DNA from: an uncultured Chitinophagales bacterium
GTDB lineage: Bacteria > Bacteroidota > Ignavibacteria > UBA10030 > UBA6906
Direction of reading: 5' to 3'
NCBI GenBank assembly: GCA_964495695.1
Contig: CAZBWR010000010.1
Span: 4,000 to 67,999 of the forward strand
Length of the DNA: 64,000 nt
Position numbers and translations under genes: made by a program. Position 1 is the stretch's first letter, and each line of letters opens with the position of its first letter. The notes beneath the pieces were generated by a model that worked only from the letters and a program-made list of their open reading frames with translations, was not told the DNA's origin and did no database searches. Below are positions 1 to 9,451 of the stretch, in pieces.

Positions 1-955
1 GACCTTCTCCCGGAACGAGCAACTGGTTCATCGACTTCCCTACAGACTTCACTCACTGTTTATCGATACGACTACTCCAATTTCTTTCTTCAGAACGACT
101 CTCAAAGTTCTTGGGTCGATCAGGAGGGCGAGGGTGAAAGCCGTTTTTGATTTGGAGTTCTTCTCAAAATTTTCGACGCTATTGAGCAGAATGTCCGGAG
201 CCTCCATCCGCACAGGCTTTGAACTGCCAACCATGTGGCGGAAACGGAACTTAACACATGCAGTGCCTCTTGACACGGAACAACATGTGTCACAGGTCTT
301 TCTCTCCCAACTGAAGCTCTTTGAAATAACCCGGCAGCAAACCGATGCATCTCCCTTCCTTCAATCCACGCCCGAAGAGGTTGTTTCCCTCGGAGAGAAG
401 CTTGGCGCAACCGGAAACACCCGCAAGTTGGTGGTGGTTAACATTAACGCAGGACCGGCATCGTTGGAACGCCGTTGGCCCCGAGAGAGGTTTGCGGAAA
501 CGACCGTAGAGCTTTATTGCGACGATGAACGACGACGTTTCATCTTTATTGGGAATAGCGAGGAACGTGACTACGTTGATGAGTTCCTCCAATCGGTTCG
601 CGAGTTAAAAAACGTAGTAGTGAATTTTGCAGGAGTCATCTCGATTGGAGAGTACATCGCTTTGTGTGAGATAAGTGAGTTTGTTTTGAGTAACGACAGC
701 GGGCCACTGCATATTGCGGCCGCGACGGGCGCCCGCGTCATCGGCTTGTTTGGACCGGAGTCGCCAACATTTTACGGGCCGCCGGGCCAAGCAACTGTCA
801 TATACGGCAAGACTTCCTGCAGTCCTTGCCTGACGGTGTACAACGCCAAGTATTTCGTTTGTCCGTATGATGCCGCATGTATGAAAGAAATTTCCGTGGC
901 GAACGTCGTGCATGCGGTACGAAACACGAAAGCCCGCTATGTCCGGGTTTCGTAA
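1..955 (+). CDS. Glycosyltransferase family 9 (ADP-heptose:LPS heptosyltransferase-like), 5' end outside window
   Basis: Frame 2 is open from nt 2 to the stop at 953-955, so the GTG at 134 is probably internal. GT9-type motifs are present: 'AVFDLEFFSKFSTLLSRMSGASIRTGF', 'VVVNINAGPASLERRWP', 'VLSNDSGPLHIAAATGARVIGLFGP'. Confidence 0.75.
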   Translation, partial: TFSRNEQLVHRLPYRLHSLFIDTTTPISFFRTTLKVLGSIRRARVKAVFDLEFFSKFSTLLSRMSGASIRTGFELPTMWRKRNLTHAVPLDTEQHVSQVFLSQLKLFEITRQQTDASPFLQSTPEEVVSLGEKLGATGNTRKLVVVNINAGPASLERRWPRERFAETTVELYCDDERRRFIFIGNSEERDYVDEFLQSVRELKNVVVNFAGVISIGEYIALCEISEFVLSNDSGPLHIAAATGARVIGLFGPESPTFYGPPGQATVIYGKTSCSPCLTVYNAKYFVCPYDAACMKEISVANVVHAVRNTKARYVRVS

Positions 956-2198
956 ATCATGGATCGGCAACAAGTTTCTTCTTGCACCCGTTGCGCTACT
1001 GTTGGCTGCGTTCCTTCTGATGCGCGGAATACTCCCCTCACTCGCCGAGATTACTACCGATTTCCCGAACTATTACACGGCAGCCCGCATCGTTGTCTCG
1101 GGAGAAGAAACAGGACGTTTGTACGATGACGCCTGGTTTCAGCAGAAAATGCTTGAGACGGGATTTTCGCAAGAAGGAAAGTTTTCACCTTTCCCACCGG
1201 CAACGGCACTACTCTTTGTACCACTAGCATTAATACCACCTCAGCAGGCTCTCCAGATTCTCACCCTGTTTAATCTTCTCCTCCTAATAGGATGTGTCTT
1301 CCTGCTTGTTCGTCTTTTCTCACTCAGCACTCTGCAGGGGACGGTGCTTGTGCTTCTCGGAGGATCGGGTCTTGCCAACTGCTTCCGTTTCGGACAACTC
1401 TACATTCTGCTTTCGTTCCTTATGCTGCTTGCCTTATACCTATCCGAAAGCAGCAAACCAGTCTTGGCAGGATTGAGCGCAGGAGCGCTTTTGCCCGTGA
1501 AATACTTCTCGATCATGAATGTTCTCGACTTTGTTGTGAGAAGACGCTGGTCTGCCGTCGTTGCAGCTTTTGTTGGGGCCGGTATGATCTCAGTTGTCAG
1601 CGCTTTTGTTATGGGGCTTGATGTTCATCGCGAGTTTGCTTTGTCGGTATTGCCCAACCACCTGCAGTCTAATTTGTCATTGCAGGATCCGTATTCTACA
1701 TCATTTCAATCACTGGACAGTCTCCTTCGCCGGCTGTTCTTGTTCGACGCTGAAGCTAATCCGCGTCCGTTGATGCACTCTGCGCAGGTCTTTTTCTGGC
1801 TGAAGCTGGTGATAGTGTCTGTTGTTTTCATCGTGACGATACACGGGATCATTTTGGCTCGAAGGAATTCCGCAAATCCCATGCTTCCTCTGGCAATCAT
1901 GTGTCTTGCGGGCCTTTTCATAGCTCCCGCGACAGCATCGTACCATTTCGTTCTGCTGTGGCTCCCCGTTGGTGTACTGACCTCTACGTTCCTTGCGAGA
2001 GAAGAAAGCCGGCTGGCCACTACGACTTTGGCAGCCTACGCTGGAATTGGCTTTCTGCCTCTGTCGTGGTTCAAGGTCTTTGAGGGAACGGGATTGTTTG
2101 CCGTTTTCGCGTATCCGAGACTTGGCCTCCTTTCGGTGCTTTTCCTGCTAGGGTTTCTTGCATGTGGCCCGGCAGGCCGGAGAAATCGAACTCTGTAG
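912..2198 (+). CDS. Polytopic membrane protein, DUF2029/GT87-like putative polyprenol-dependent glycosyltransferase
   Basis: 428 aa ORF with about 10 hydrophobic helices. The N-terminal pattern 'TDFPNYYTAARIV..G....LYD' is typical of DUF2029 membrane glycosyltransferases. An alternative start at ATG 939 is possible, and the gene overlaps the GT9 stop. Confidence 0.5.
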   Translation: MRYETRKPAMSGFRKSWIGNKFLLAPVALLLAAFLLMRGILPSLAEITTDFPNYYTAARIVVSGEETGRLYDDAWFQQKMLETGFSQEGKFSPFPPATALLFVPLALIPPQQALQILTLFNLLLLIGCVFLLVRLFSLSTLQGTVLVLLGGSGLANCFRFGQLYILLSFLMLLALYLSESSKPVLAGLSAGALLPVKYFSIMNVLDFVVRRRWSAVVAAFVGAGMISVVSAFVMGLDVHREFALSVLPNHLQSNLSLQDPYSTSFQSLDSLLRRLFLFDAEANPRPLMHSAQVFFWLKLVIVSVVFIVTIHGIILARRNSANPMLPLAIMCLAGLFIAPATASYHFVLLWLPVGVLTSTFLAREESRLATTTLAAYAGIGFLPLSWFKVFEGTGLFAVFAYPRLGLLSVLFLLGFLACGPAGRRNRTL

Positions 2199-2244
2199 AG
2201 GTTTGTTGCGTTAGCTTAAATGTGTATATTTTCAACGTGGTTCA

Positions 2245-3510
2245 TTGAAGGAGAAAGAGGAAACCGTGTTCAGGATTGTCATACCTACCTTGCTGCTGCT
2301 GATTCAGCTGATACTTTATATCCGTACCCGCGACTGGTTATCCCGGAAGTTCCCTGAACGAAAGTGGCTCATATGGTGGGCATCCGGGTTGTTCCTGATC
2401 ATGAACGTGGCGTTCATTTACGTTGCAATTATGCGGCCTCGTCCGAGCGAGATGGATCCTCTGTTTCTGTATCTCGCGGCATACCCCTTCTTCATCTGGC
2501 ATGGGGCCACGCTCTTTATCGGACTGTTCGTTCTTATCTCCCTCGTGATCAAGGCCCCTTTCTTGGGACTGGGATTTCTTGCAAGGCGGATACCCGCCAC
2601 CCGTCGGACAATCGAGACAGTTACACAACAGCCAAGCTACCAGAAATTCGACTCTTCACGACGTACTTTCCTGCGTCGCAGTATGTATGGACTGACGGGG
2701 TTCTCTTTCGGGGCAACGGCATACGGGATGTTTATCGAAAAGGCCCAGCACGAGATCGTCGAAACACTCTTCCCTGTTCGGAATCTCCCTCCGGGACTAA
2801 ACGGCTTCACGATTGCTCTGATCAGCGATATTCACTCCAGCATTAATATGCTCAAGGAGGATATGGACGAGTATGTCAAAATCGTCAACTCCTTGCAGTG
2901 TGACATGATTCTTGTAACCGGCGATTTCGTTAACAGCCTCACCGAGGAAGTGTATCCCTTTGCCGAAGCATTCAGCAATCTACATGCCCCGCACGGCGTG
3001 TACGGTGTGATGGGAAATCATGACTTCTTCGCCCCAAAGCCGGAACTCGTCGCCAAAGAGATCGATGCGTGCGGAGTAAAACTCTTGCGGAACGACAAGG
3101 TCCTTGTGCGGAAGAACGGCGGATCGATGTACCTTCTCGGAGTAGATGACGTACGAAACCCACGTCACGCGACCGAGTCGATCGAAAAAGCGATCGGATA
3201 TGCCCCGCTTCCGATACCAAAACTCTTGATGATTCATCGCCCCTATTTTCTCCAACAGGCTGCTGACAAAAACATTGATCTCGTCTTCAGCGGCCACACC
3301 CACGGCGGACAAGTGGTGCTTGCGCGTTTTGGAAGGGCAACAATTGCCCCGGCATCGCTTGCATCGCAGTTTATTTGGGGAAAGTACCGCATCGGCAACA
3401 CGTCGATGTACGTTAACCGTGGAATAGGAACAGTGGGGCTGCCGATTCGTTTCAACTGCCCGCCGGAAATTACACGCATTACGCTCATTCCGGAACCTTC
3501 AACAGTGTAG
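2245..3510 (+). CDS. Membrane-anchored metallophosphoesterase (calcineurin-like, COG1408 type)
   Basis: Carries the motifs 'ISDIH', 'GDFVN', 'GNHDFF' and 'SGHTHGGQ'. An N-terminal region of about 110 aa has 3-4 TM helices, followed by an internal 'SSRRTFLRRS' Tat-like motif. The start may instead be the GTG at 2266. Confidence 0.8.
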   Translation: MKEKEETVFRIVIPTLLLLIQLILYIRTRDWLSRKFPERKWLIWWASGLFLIMNVAFIYVAIMRPRPSEMDPLFLYLAAYPFFIWHGATLFIGLFVLISLVIKAPFLGLGFLARRIPATRRTIETVTQQPSYQKFDSSRRTFLRRSMYGLTGFSFGATAYGMFIEKAQHEIVETLFPVRNLPPGLNGFTIALISDIHSSINMLKEDMDEYVKIVNSLQCDMILVTGDFVNSLTEEVYPFAEAFSNLHAPHGVYGVMGNHDFFAPKPELVAKEIDACGVKLLRNDKVLVRKNGGSMYLLGVDDVRNPRHATESIEKAIGYAPLPIPKLLMIHRPYFLQQAADKNIDLVFSGHTHGGQVVLARFGRATIAPASLASQFIWGKYRIGNTSMYVNRGIGTVGLPIRFNCPPEITRITLIPEPSTV

Positions 3511-3527
3511 TTTTTCAATCACTCCCG

Positions 3528-4988
3528 ATGATTGCGCTCTACTACCCTCAAAACACGCCGGCAGGACTCGGCCGCCTCCCGATGTCGCTCCTTGCACTTG
3601 GAGCAATGATCCCTGATGAGACTTATTGCATCGTAGACGGAAACGTAAACCGGAATCCGCTCCCCGATCTGCGCAATATTCTTTCAAGGACTGGCCGACC
3701 CATCCTTGCTGTGTCCGTCATGCCGGGGCAGCAGATGATAAATGCTATTCAGCACTCAAGGATTTTGAAACGTGAATTTCCCCGGCTTGTCGTCATCTGG
3801 GGAGGATATTTCCCCTCGATGCACACTGACGCTACATTACATTCAACGTACGTCGATTACGTTCTTCGGGGACAGGGAGAACGTTCCTTTCCGCAACTGT
3901 TGGCTGCGATCTTGAGTGACAAATCAGTCGAGAACATTCCCAACCTGTCGTATCGCATGCAGGACGACATCAAGCACAACCCCGGCTTGCCCATCTTTGA
4001 TCCGGAATCCCGGCCGCTCTTTCCGTATCACAAGGTTGATATGAAGGCTTACGCTATTCCGACATTTGTCGGCACCAGAACCTATTGTCACGAATCAAGT
4101 GCAGGGTGCCCCCACAAATGCAATTTCTGCGGAGTGGTTGATGTTTTTAACTCACGATGGAAAGCTGAGTCAGTTGATCGCACTATCGAGGTCCTGACCC
4201 TTCTAAAAGACCGCTACGGCATGAACGGACTTGAATTCCATGACAGCGACTTCTTTGTCTCGGAAAAACGTGTTGTGGCCCTCGCAGAGAAAATATGCCC
4301 GCTCGACATCAAGTGGTGGGCTGAGGGGCGTGTTGACACACTTCTGAATTACTCTGCCGAGACATGGAAACTCATGCAACGGAGCGGGCTTTCAATGATC
4401 TTTTTCGGAGCTGAATCGGGGTTCGACGAAACGTTGGAACTTATGGACAAGCCGGGTGTCACAGCGGAGAAGACCCGGGCGGTAGCATCCTTGTGCAAAA
4501 AGTACAGCGTCAAATCTGAATTTTCATTTGTAATGGGAAGCAACCCGCAAAAAACCGAGCAGGATATCGACGCGACTATCCGTCTCATCTACGAACTTGA
4601 CGGCCTGAACCCCAACTCGCAAATGCATCCGTTCATCTATACGCCAGTTCCGTTTGGGGCGATTTATTCTGAAGCTGAACGCAACGGCCTGCGGTACCCA
4701 AAGACCCTTGATGAGTGGGGAGCACATGAGTGGGAGCAGTATACCTTGCGACAAAATCCGCATACACCCTGGCTCACACCGAGATTGAGAAGGAAGATCA
4801 TTAACTTCAGGGCAGTCCATCAAGCATACTACCCCAAAGTCAATGACCGGTCGCTTCCTCCGTGGAAATCACGTCTTCTCCGACTCGCCAGCTCCTGGCG
4901 GTACAATTCCAGGATTCATACTGCCGCCTACGAGGTCAGAATTCTGCTTCGTCTTTTGGCGGGAAATCCAAGCTCTGGCGGATTCTAA
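3528..4988 (+). CDS. B12-binding domain-containing radical SAM protein (class B rSAM), substrate unknown
   Basis: Has a CxxxCxxC cluster 'CPHKCNFCGV' and an N-terminal Rossmann-like B12-binding-type region ('ILAVSVMPGQ...VVIWGGYFPS'). Confidence 0.8.
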   Translation: MIALYYPQNTPAGLGRLPMSLLALGAMIPDETYCIVDGNVNRNPLPDLRNILSRTGRPILAVSVMPGQQMINAIQHSRILKREFPRLVVIWGGYFPSMHTDATLHSTYVDYVLRGQGERSFPQLLAAILSDKSVENIPNLSYRMQDDIKHNPGLPIFDPESRPLFPYHKVDMKAYAIPTFVGTRTYCHESSAGCPHKCNFCGVVDVFNSRWKAESVDRTIEVLTLLKDRYGMNGLEFHDSDFFVSEKRVVALAEKICPLDIKWWAEGRVDTLLNYSAETWKLMQRSGLSMIFFGAESGFDETLELMDKPGVTAEKTRAVASLCKKYSVKSEFSFVMGSNPQKTEQDIDATIRLIYELDGLNPNSQMHPFIYTPVPFGAIYSEAERNGLRYPKTLDEWGAHEWEQYTLRQNPHTPWLTPRLRRKIINFRAVHQAYYPKVNDRSLPPWKSRLLRLASSWRYNSRIHTAAYEVRILLRLLAGNPSSGGF

Positions 4989-5072
4989 TATGCTAACTAT
5001 TGTCTCGTTTATTAGGTGTTATTTCTAGGATACAAAGGAAGTTAACAGCATCGCCCTGAATATTATTCGAAT

Positions 5073-5747
5073 ATGCTAAGCTTGCGTTCCTTTGTTTTTC
5101 GAATTCGATATCGACTCATCGTTAAGCGACGAATCTCCAGAACCGATCGTATATGCATAAGCGGTATCCGACTTGAGGTCCCTCCCACAGTGTTTCACCC
5201 AATGCTCTACCGTAGTAGCAAGGTCTTGTTGGACTCATTGGACAAGCTTCAACTCGAGGGAAAAAGTGTCCTTGAGATGGGAACTGGCAGCGGCCTCATA
5301 GCTATCGCTGCTGCCAAAATGGGAGCATCTGTCCAAGGACTTGATATCAATCCAGTCGCTATCGCATGTTCACGCTCCAATGCACTGCTCAACGGTGTGG
5401 GTGACCGCACTGTATTTTCGAAGAGTGACCTCTTCAGCGCCTGCGAGACAGGCATAAAGTATGACTACATAATCTGGAACCCGCCATTCTACACAGGATC
5501 TCCGACTGACATTGCCTCCTCTGCCTGGTTTGGTGGTGAAGAACTCTCAACCATCGGGCGGTTTGTTCAAGAGTCTCCCACTTATCTTGCGCCCGGGGGC
5601 CAGCTCATCCTTCTCCTGTCATCCGACATGAATCAGAAGTTCGTGCTGGAAACGCTTGGACGTGCGGGCTATGCCGGGAGTCCAATTCACGCTCAACGAT
5701 TCATGTTTGAAACCGTTACAGTGTACGCGTTCTCCCTTTCCAGCTGA
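5073..5747 (+). CDS. Class I SAM-dependent methyltransferase, HemK/PrmC-like small-domain family
   Basis: SAM motif 'VLEMGTGSGLIAIAAA' and catalytic-type motif 'NPPF' in 'IIWNPPFY'. Confidence 0.65.
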   Translation: MLSLRSFVFRIRYRLIVKRRISRTDRICISGIRLEVPPTVFHPMLYRSSKVLLDSLDKLQLEGKSVLEMGTGSGLIAIAAAKMGASVQGLDINPVAIACSRSNALLNGVGDRTVFSKSDLFSACETGIKYDYIIWNPPFYTGSPTDIASSAWFGGEELSTIGRFVQESPTYLAPGGQLILLLSSDMNQKFVLETLGRAGYAGSPIHAQRFMFETVTVYAFSLSS

Positions 5748-5824
5748 ATCATCCTCTGATTTCCCGCCCTTTCCATTGCACATCAATACCTCAATCCCTA
5801 TATTCAGACAACCATAATCACATC

Positions 5825-6256
5825 TTGATGAATTACAAAGCCCTTGCCGATCACGCGGCATCTGCACGCAGGTTCTCACATTCTCCCTATTCCAAATTCC
5901 GAGTCGGCGCAGCCATTCTTACAAAATCCGGTAAGATTTATACCGGCTGTAATATCGAGATCAGTACTTTTGCTTTGACCATTTGCGCCGAGCGAACAGC
6001 TCTCTTTAAGGCAGTCTCCGAGGGAATGCGACAATTCGTCGCAATCTCAATTGCAACCGATGAGGCCAGCTTCACGTCTCCTTGCGGAGCATGCCGGCAA
6101 GTGCTGTATGACCTTGCTGGCGACATCGATGTGGTTCTGAGAAACAAGGCCGGTGACTTGAAAGTGATGAGGTTGACGGAGTTCTTTCCCCATCCGTTTG
6201 GCGCCGGTAATCTGAAAAAATCCTCAAAGAAACGTACACGAGCCAAGAAAACATGA
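5825..6256 (+). CDS. cdd: Cytidine deaminase
   Basis: Zinc motifs 'CAERTALF' and 'PCGACRQVL'. Size is about 140 aa. An ATG at 5828 sits directly after the TTG at 5825. Confidence 0.85.
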   Translation: MMNYKALADHAASARRFSHSPYSKFRVGAAILTKSGKIYTGCNIEISTFALTICAERTALFKAVSEGMRQFVAISIATDEASFTSPCGACRQVLYDLAGDIDVVLRNKAGDLKVMRLTEFFPHPFGAGNLKKSSKKRTRAKKT

Positions 6257-6828
6257 GCATTCCAACCCTTCATGACTCTCCAAAAGGTACAGGCTGGATA
6301 GAAGTAATCGTCGGATGTATGTTCAGCGGCAAAACCGAGGAACTTATCCGCAGGTTGCGCCGGGCAGAGATTGCCCGCCAGAATGTAGTGGTCTTCAAAC
6401 CCATGATCGACAATCGGTATAGCTCCGACCACATCGTATCGCATAGTGAGGCGAAGCTCAGATCAACCGTAGTAAACAGTTCATCCAAAATACTGCAACT
6501 TGCTGTTAACGCTCAGGTTGTAGGAATTGACGAAGGTCAGTTCTTTGATCATGAGATCGTTGATATTGTTGAGCAACTTGCAAATCAGGGCAAGCGGGTT
6601 GTGATAGCCGGTCTTGATCAGGATTATCGCGGTAAGCCGTTTGAACCCATGCCCCAGCTCCTCTCAATTGCCGAGTACATCACAAAGACTCTGGCCATTT
6701 GTGTCGTCTGTGGGAATCCCGCTGACAGGACACAGCGGACTACGCTATCAACCGAACGTGTGTTGGTTGGAGCCAAAGATTCGTATGAGGCACGTTGCAG
6801 GCGTTGCTTTGAGCCCCCGCAAAATTAA
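6253..6828 (+). CDS. tdk: Thymidine kinase
   Basis: P-loop '[14 protein letters not shown]', '[10 protein letters not shown]', and a C-terminal zinc ribbon 'CVVCG...CRRC'. There is a 4-nt overlap with cdd. Confidence 0.9.
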   Translation: MSIPTLHDSPKGTGWIEVIVGCMFSGKTEELIRRLRRAEIARQNVVVFKPMIDNRYSSDHIVSHSEAKLRSTVVNSSSKILQLAVNAQVVGIDEGQFFDHEIVDIVEQLANQGKRVVIAGLDQDYRGKPFEPMPQLLSIAEYITKTLAICVVCGNPADRTQRTTLSTERVLVGAKDSYEARCRRCFEPPQN

Positions 6829-6860
6829 TCAAACATAACCCACATCCACTGTACCTTCGC

Positions 6861-8216
6861 ATGTCTCTGCTATCAATCCTCAATGGCCTGTTCGGGATAA
6901 GCGTCCTGATCGGCATGGCGTTCCTCTTTTCGAACAATAGGCGCAGAATCAATTGGCGGACTGTGATAGCCGGATTTGTCCTTCAGTTTGTCTTTGCTGT
7001 TCTCATCCTGAAAGGAGCAGAACTCTCGGAGTATTTCTCACCTCTCGGCTGGCCGAAGTGGTTCTTTGAGAAACTCAGTTATGGTTTCGTTGTGCTCCTC
7101 AGCTTTACCACAGAGGGCGCGAAGTTTGTGTTTGGTGATCTTGCAAAGAGTCCGGGCGCTGATGGTTCTCTCGGTTTCTTCTTCGCATTTCAGGTTCTTC
7201 CAACGATAATATTCTTTGCGTCATTGATGTCAGTCCTGTACTACCTCGGAGTCATGCAGAGGATTGTACAAGGGATGGCTTGGTTGATGGTTCGGATTAT
7301 GGGAACAAGTGGGGCCGAATCCCTCTCCAATACAGCGAATATTTTCGTCGGACAGACGGAGGCACCTCTTATGATCAGACCCTTTGTGAAAGGAATGACA
7401 CGGTCTGAGCTGCTGACGATCATGGTTGGCGGGATGGCCACTATCGCGGGCGGAGTTCTTGCCGCATACGTTCAAATGCTTGGCTCGGCATATGCCGCCA
7501 GCCACGGGCTTCCGCTGATGGAAGGACAAGTGAAATTTGCAACGCAATTACTCGGTGCCAGCCTGATGGCCGCGCCTGCGGGACTTGCCATTGCTAAAAT
7601 TCTGTTTCCTGAAACCGAAGAATCTGAAACAAAGGGCGATGTGAAGGTGAGAGTAGAGAAGAATGCCTCCAATGTCATCGAGGCGGCCGCCGCCGGAGCA
7701 TCTGATGGATTACATCTTGCACTCAATGTTGGAGCTATGCTCCTTGCGTTTATTGCATTGATAGCGCTTTTCAACTCCCTCCTACTAACACTGGGAGATG
7801 CTACTGGCCTGAATGCCATTCTTCAAGCAAAATATAATCAACCTTTATCATTCCAGTTGCTGTTCGGAATGGTTCTTCAGTTCCTTGCCTTTGCGATCGG
7901 TGTGCCGTGGGATGAGGCCATTCATGTCGGGTCACTTATCGGAACAAAGCTTGTACTAAATGAATTTGTTGGCTATCTAGATTTATCTTCAATGATATCA
8001 GCGGGTAAAATCATGTCGGATAAAGCAATTACTATTGCTACTTTCGCACTTTGTGGATTTGCAAACTTCTCCTCCATTGCCATTCAAATCGGTGGAATCA
8101 GTCCGCTCGCTCCAGAGCGACGAAAGGACTTGGCCTCTCTCGGTTTACGGGCTGTCTTTGGGGGAATGTTGGCAAATCTGATGACCGCAACCATCGCCGG
8201 AATGTTCCTTGGATAG
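6861..8216 (+). CDS. nupC: Concentrative nucleoside transporter (NupC/CNT family)
   Basis: 451 aa polytopic protein with CNT-type segments ('FVFGDL', 'IFVGQTEAPLMIRP', 'GFANFSSIAIQIGG'). Confidence 0.8.
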   Translation: MSLLSILNGLFGISVLIGMAFLFSNNRRRINWRTVIAGFVLQFVFAVLILKGAELSEYFSPLGWPKWFFEKLSYGFVVLLSFTTEGAKFVFGDLAKSPGADGSLGFFFAFQVLPTIIFFASLMSVLYYLGVMQRIVQGMAWLMVRIMGTSGAESLSNTANIFVGQTEAPLMIRPFVKGMTRSELLTIMVGGMATIAGGVLAAYVQMLGSAYAASHGLPLMEGQVKFATQLLGASLMAAPAGLAIAKILFPETEESETKGDVKVRVEKNASNVIEAAAAGASDGLHLALNVGAMLLAFIALIALFNSLLLTLGDATGLNAILQAKYNQPLSFQLLFGMVLQFLAFAIGVPWDEAIHVGSLIGTKLVLNEFVGYLDLSSMISAGKIMSDKAITIATFALCGFANFSSIAIQIGGISPLAPERRKDLASLGLRAVFGGMLANLMTATIAGMFLG

Positions 8217-9006
8217 ACCTGCTAACATAGCAGAATCCGTCCGGTACATCCGCTCGATTACGGGAGCCTCGCCAAAGACCGGCATTATCCTGGGCTCCGG
8301 TCTCGGAGATTTCGCAGATGCGATACAAGGTGCGCTGCGCATTCCAACGACCGATATTCCACACTATCCCAAATCGACTGTTCAAGGCCACAAGGGGTTT
8401 CTTGTTTTCGCGAAGCTTGATGGAACTGAGATCCTTGCATTTCAGGGACGAAAGCACTTTTACGAATCGGCATCACTCGACACCGTACTCTACCCTATTC
8501 TTGTGGCCTCAGAACTGGGCATAAGGTCTCTTCTCATTACGAATGCCGCAGGCGGAATCAACAGGACGTTCGTTCCTGGAGATCTGATGATTCTTGCCGA
8601 CCAGATTAACCTTGCCTTTCAGCGCCCGCCGGCCTGGTTCCCACCAACGAATTCAAGTCAGGTCTACTCATCCCGGTTGATAGGGTTGGCCGAGAAGGCT
8701 GCTGCCGATAACCGTATATTGGTCAGGAAAGGAGTCTACGTCGGCCTGAAAGGACCTACTTACGAAACGGCGTCAGAGATACAGATGCTGACACGATTGG
8801 GAGGAGATGCAGTTGGGATGTCAACTGTATTCGAAGCTTCCCTTGCCTCTCGTCTCGGGATCGAGGTACTTGGCATTTCGTGCATTACAAACCTTGGCAC
8901 AGGCATCTCAACTACGAAACTGAGTCACGAGGAAGTAACGGAGGTCGGGAACACAGTCAAGCACACTTTTGCCCGACTCGTGGCCGCAACAATACGAATG
9001 ATTTGA
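8209..9006 (+). CDS. punA: Purine nucleoside phosphorylase (trimeric PNP family)
   Basis: 'GIILGSGLG', 'GHKGFLVF', 'FQGRKHFYE', 'MSTVFEA'. The TTG start overlaps the nupC stop. Confidence 0.85.
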   Translation: MDRPANIAESVRYIRSITGASPKTGIILGSGLGDFADAIQGALRIPTTDIPHYPKSTVQGHKGFLVFAKLDGTEILAFQGRKHFYESASLDTVLYPILVASELGIRSLLITNAAGGINRTFVPGDLMILADQINLAFQRPPAWFPPTNSSQVYSSRLIGLAEKAAADNRILVRKGVYVGLKGPTYETASEIQMLTRLGGDAVGMSTVFEASLASRLGIEVLGISCITNLGTGISTTKLSHEEVTEVGNTVKHTFARLVAATIRMI

Positions 9007-9010
9007 ACAA

Positions 9011-9451
9011 TCAGGAAACGGGCAGGTTGGCGGAGGGAAACCACTGGTAGAGCATCAGATACACCAGTACCCCGGTAACAGAGACGTACAGCCAGATGGG
9101 CAATGTCCACCTGGCTATTTTTTTGTGCTTGTCGAATCGCTCGGAAAACGCTCTGACTACCGAAATAATTGCCATCGGCGGGACAAGGATGGCAAGGATC
9201 GTATGACTGATGAGAATAGAGAAATAGATGATTCGTACGGTTCCCTGTTCAGTAAATTTGACTGACCCAACATTGTAATGGTAGAGAAGATACGAGGCAA
9301 GAAACAATGCCGACGTTCCCACTGCAGCAAGCATCGCCTTTTTGTGCGCCACTTTCCGCCGGTTCCGGATGTAATAGTACCCTAAAAGGAGAAACCCTGT
9401 ACTTATGGAGTTCAGTATTGCATTGACGAGCGGAAGATCGGTGAGGGCCAT
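9011..9451 (-). CDS. DUF420 membrane protein (commonly linked to haem-copper oxidase operons)
   Basis: 146 aa with 4 TM helices and a 'LPLVNAILNSISTGFLLLGYYYIR' type N-terminus. It is the last gene of the cox/cta string. Confidence 0.6.
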   Translation of the reverse strand: MALTDLPLVNAILNSISTGFLLLGYYYIRNRRKVAHKKAMLAAVGTSALFLASYLLYHYNVGSVKFTEQGTVRIIYFSILISHTILAILVPPMAIISVVRAFSERFDKHKKIARWTLPIWLYVSVTGVLVYLMLYQWFPSANLPVS

